Assembly: GCA_963821275.1 (NCBI GenBank) | Contig: CAWGDF010000012.1 | Location: forward strand, 34,271-98,270 | From: an uncultured Thermoleophilaceae bacterium | Lineage (GTDB): Bacteria; Actinomycetota; Thermoleophilia; Solirubrobacterales; Thermoleophilaceae | Length of the DNA: 64,000 nt | Direction of reading: 5' to 3' | Shown: positions 62,935-64,000 of the stretch, one piece after another | Position numbering within the stretch: the stretch's first letter is position 1 | How the letters are laid out: each line of letters starts with the position of its first letter | Position numbers and translations under genes: made by a program | Notes under the pieces: model-generated | What the model saw: only the letters and a program-made list of their open reading frames with translations | Told to the model about the DNA's origin: nothing | The model's database searches: none

Positions 62935-64000
62935 AGCAGCTCCTCGTAGAGCGACCCGAAGCGCTCGGCCGCCCGCTCCATCGAATACTCGGGTAGGCGC
63001 ACCGCCGCTGCCTCGCTCAGGCGTCGACCCAGGCCGGGCTGGTCGAGCACCCGGGCCAGCGCGGAGGCGAGGGCCTCCGGATCCCGGCGCGGCACGAGCA
63101 GACCGTTGATCCCGTCGTCCACCACATCGGGAATCCCTCCCACGGCGGTTGTCACCAGCGGGGTCCTGTGCGCCATGCACTCGAACATGAACAGAGGGAG
63201 GCCCTCGAAGTCGGAGCTCATGGCGGCCACGTCAAGCTCATCGAGCACGGCCCCGACGTCAGTGCGGGCGCCCGGCAGGTGCACCCGACCCGCCAGCGGG
63301 GAGCGGCGGGTGGTGGTCGTCAGGTCCGCTCGACAAGGCCCGTCGCCGACGATCACCAAGTGAGCGTCGGGGTGATCCGCCAGCAACAGCGCGAAGGCGT
63401 CGACCAGCACCTCCACGGCCTTCTGCGGACGCAGTTGAGCCACGGTCCCGATCAGCGGAGCACCCGGCGGCACACCCAACTCGCCGCGCACGTCTCCACC
63501 GGGCGGCTCCGAGCGGGCAACGAAGGCCGTGGGGATGGCGATGGTCTTGTGTGCGGGGACGTGCTCGAGCTCGACCATCCGGCGCCGGTCGGCCTCCGAG
63601 ACAGCCACGAAGCGATCCGCGAGGCGTCCGATCAGCTGCCCGTCCAGCAGACGCCGGAGCGGTTGCCCCTCCCACGACCATGTGTGCTCCTGTGCGACGA
63701 TCGCCGGCACCCGGCCGAGCCGGCCGAACAGGCTGCCCCACACGTTCGAGCCGAACTTGTGCGTGTGCAGCAGCTCGATCCGCTCCCGCCGCAGGAACCG
63801 GATCAGTGTCCGAAAGGGCCGCAGGTCATAGCGTCCCGAGCGTCCGAGTCCGAAGTGCGGGATCTGAGCCTCGTCGAGCGCACTCGCGAGCGAGCCGCTG
63901 ACCCCGCGCGTCGCGCACAGCGAGACGCGGAAGCGGTCGCGCGGCATCGCCGCCGCGAGGCCCACCGCGAAGCGCTCCGCTCCCCCCGCGCCGTCCGACA
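62904..64000 (-). CDS. glycosyltransferase family 4 (GT-B), N-terminus beyond window end
   Basis: SSDFEGLPLFMFECMAHRTPLVTTAVGGIPDVV is the GT4 E-x7-E region. The frame stays open upstream of the track start (…SDGAGGAERFAVGLAAAMPRD) to position 64000, so the true start lies outside the window. Confidence 0.85.
   Translation of the reverse strand, partial: SDGAGGAERFAVGLAAAMPRDRFRVSLCATRGVSGSLASALDEAQIPHFGLGRSGRYDLRPFRTLIRFLRRERIELLHTHKFGSNVWGSLFGRLGRVPAIVAQEHTWSWEGQPLRRLLDGQLIGRLADRFVAVSEADRRRMVELEHVPAHKTIAIPTAFVARSEPPGGDVRGELGVPPGAPLIGTVAQLRPQKAVEVLVDAFALLLADHPDAHLVIVGDGPCRADLTTTTRRSPLAGRVHLPGARTDVGAVLDELDVAAMSSDFEGLPLFMFECMAHRTPLVTTAVGGIPDVVDDGINGLLVPRRDPEALASALARVLDQPGLGRRLSEAAAVRLPEYSMERAAERFGSLYEELLYLKRAGPAR

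Noticed and set aside
1-64000. Search by eye for CRISPR arrays, rRNA/tRNA genes, transposases/integrases, prophage or toxin-antitoxin pairs
   Set aside because: I noticed no regularly spaced direct repeats, no tRNA-like cloverleaf-sized AT-richer islands and no recombinase-like ORFs. The only mobile-element-flavoured item is the decayed DUF559 gene. This was a visual scan only, so a proper tRNAscan/Infernal/ISfinder run would be needed to be definitive.

Overview
This is a gene-dense, very GC-rich 64 kb chromosomal segment. By eye I found no rRNA, tRNA, CRISPR array, transposase or integrase. The gene content (F420 biosynthesis, DtxR-family regulator, sortase, Tat signals, many 4-nt start/stop overlaps) fits a high-GC Actinomycetota-type genome, but I cannot verify the taxon.

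Functional blocks, in order:
- **1-1.2 kb:** HMG-CoA lyase (runs off the window) plus an SDR.
- **1.2-7.8 kb:** a near-complete coenzyme F420 locus, npdG-cofD-cofC-cofE with convergent fbiC. A Tat-secreted PhoX-like phosphatase sits in between.
- **7.8-13.7 kb:** an ABC substrate-binding protein, then a six-gene minus-strand metal-homeostasis operon. Its order is multicopper oxidase, ZIP, DtxR-family repressor, MntH and two orphans. An AT-rich palindrome lies just upstream.
- **13.8-20.4 kb:** housekeeping genes, a coiled-coil/PD-(D/E)xK-like orphan, and a MarR-MFS efflux pair whose 18-bp perfect palindrome lies over the marR start.
- **20.4-27.2 kb:** ethylmalonyl-CoA-type genes (ccr, ecm/meaA, meaB). 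They are interrupted by clpS, an MBL hydrolase and a multiply frameshifted DUF559 pseudogene.
- **27-44 kb:** mixed metabolism. This includes two further frameshifted genes: a TPP enzyme and a large secreted adhesin-like protein with two +1 shifts at an identical 9-mer.
- **44.2-64 kb:** a roughly 20 kb cell-surface glycan locus. It contains a sortase, GT2, CE4 deacetylase, NDP-amino-sugar genes, a Wzy_C-TPR protein, a Wzx flippase, GT4s, a methyltransferase and a glucuronyl C5-epimerase-like protein. It also holds two paralogous beta-helix proteins flanking a galactose-oxidase-like/LamG x2 giant protein, and a 94-aa LPXTG mini-protein at its centre.

The glycan locus with the LPXTG mini-protein is my best candidate for an undescribed system, but that is inference. 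Many long ORFs in the track are GC-driven antisense or alternate-frame artefacts and were rejected.
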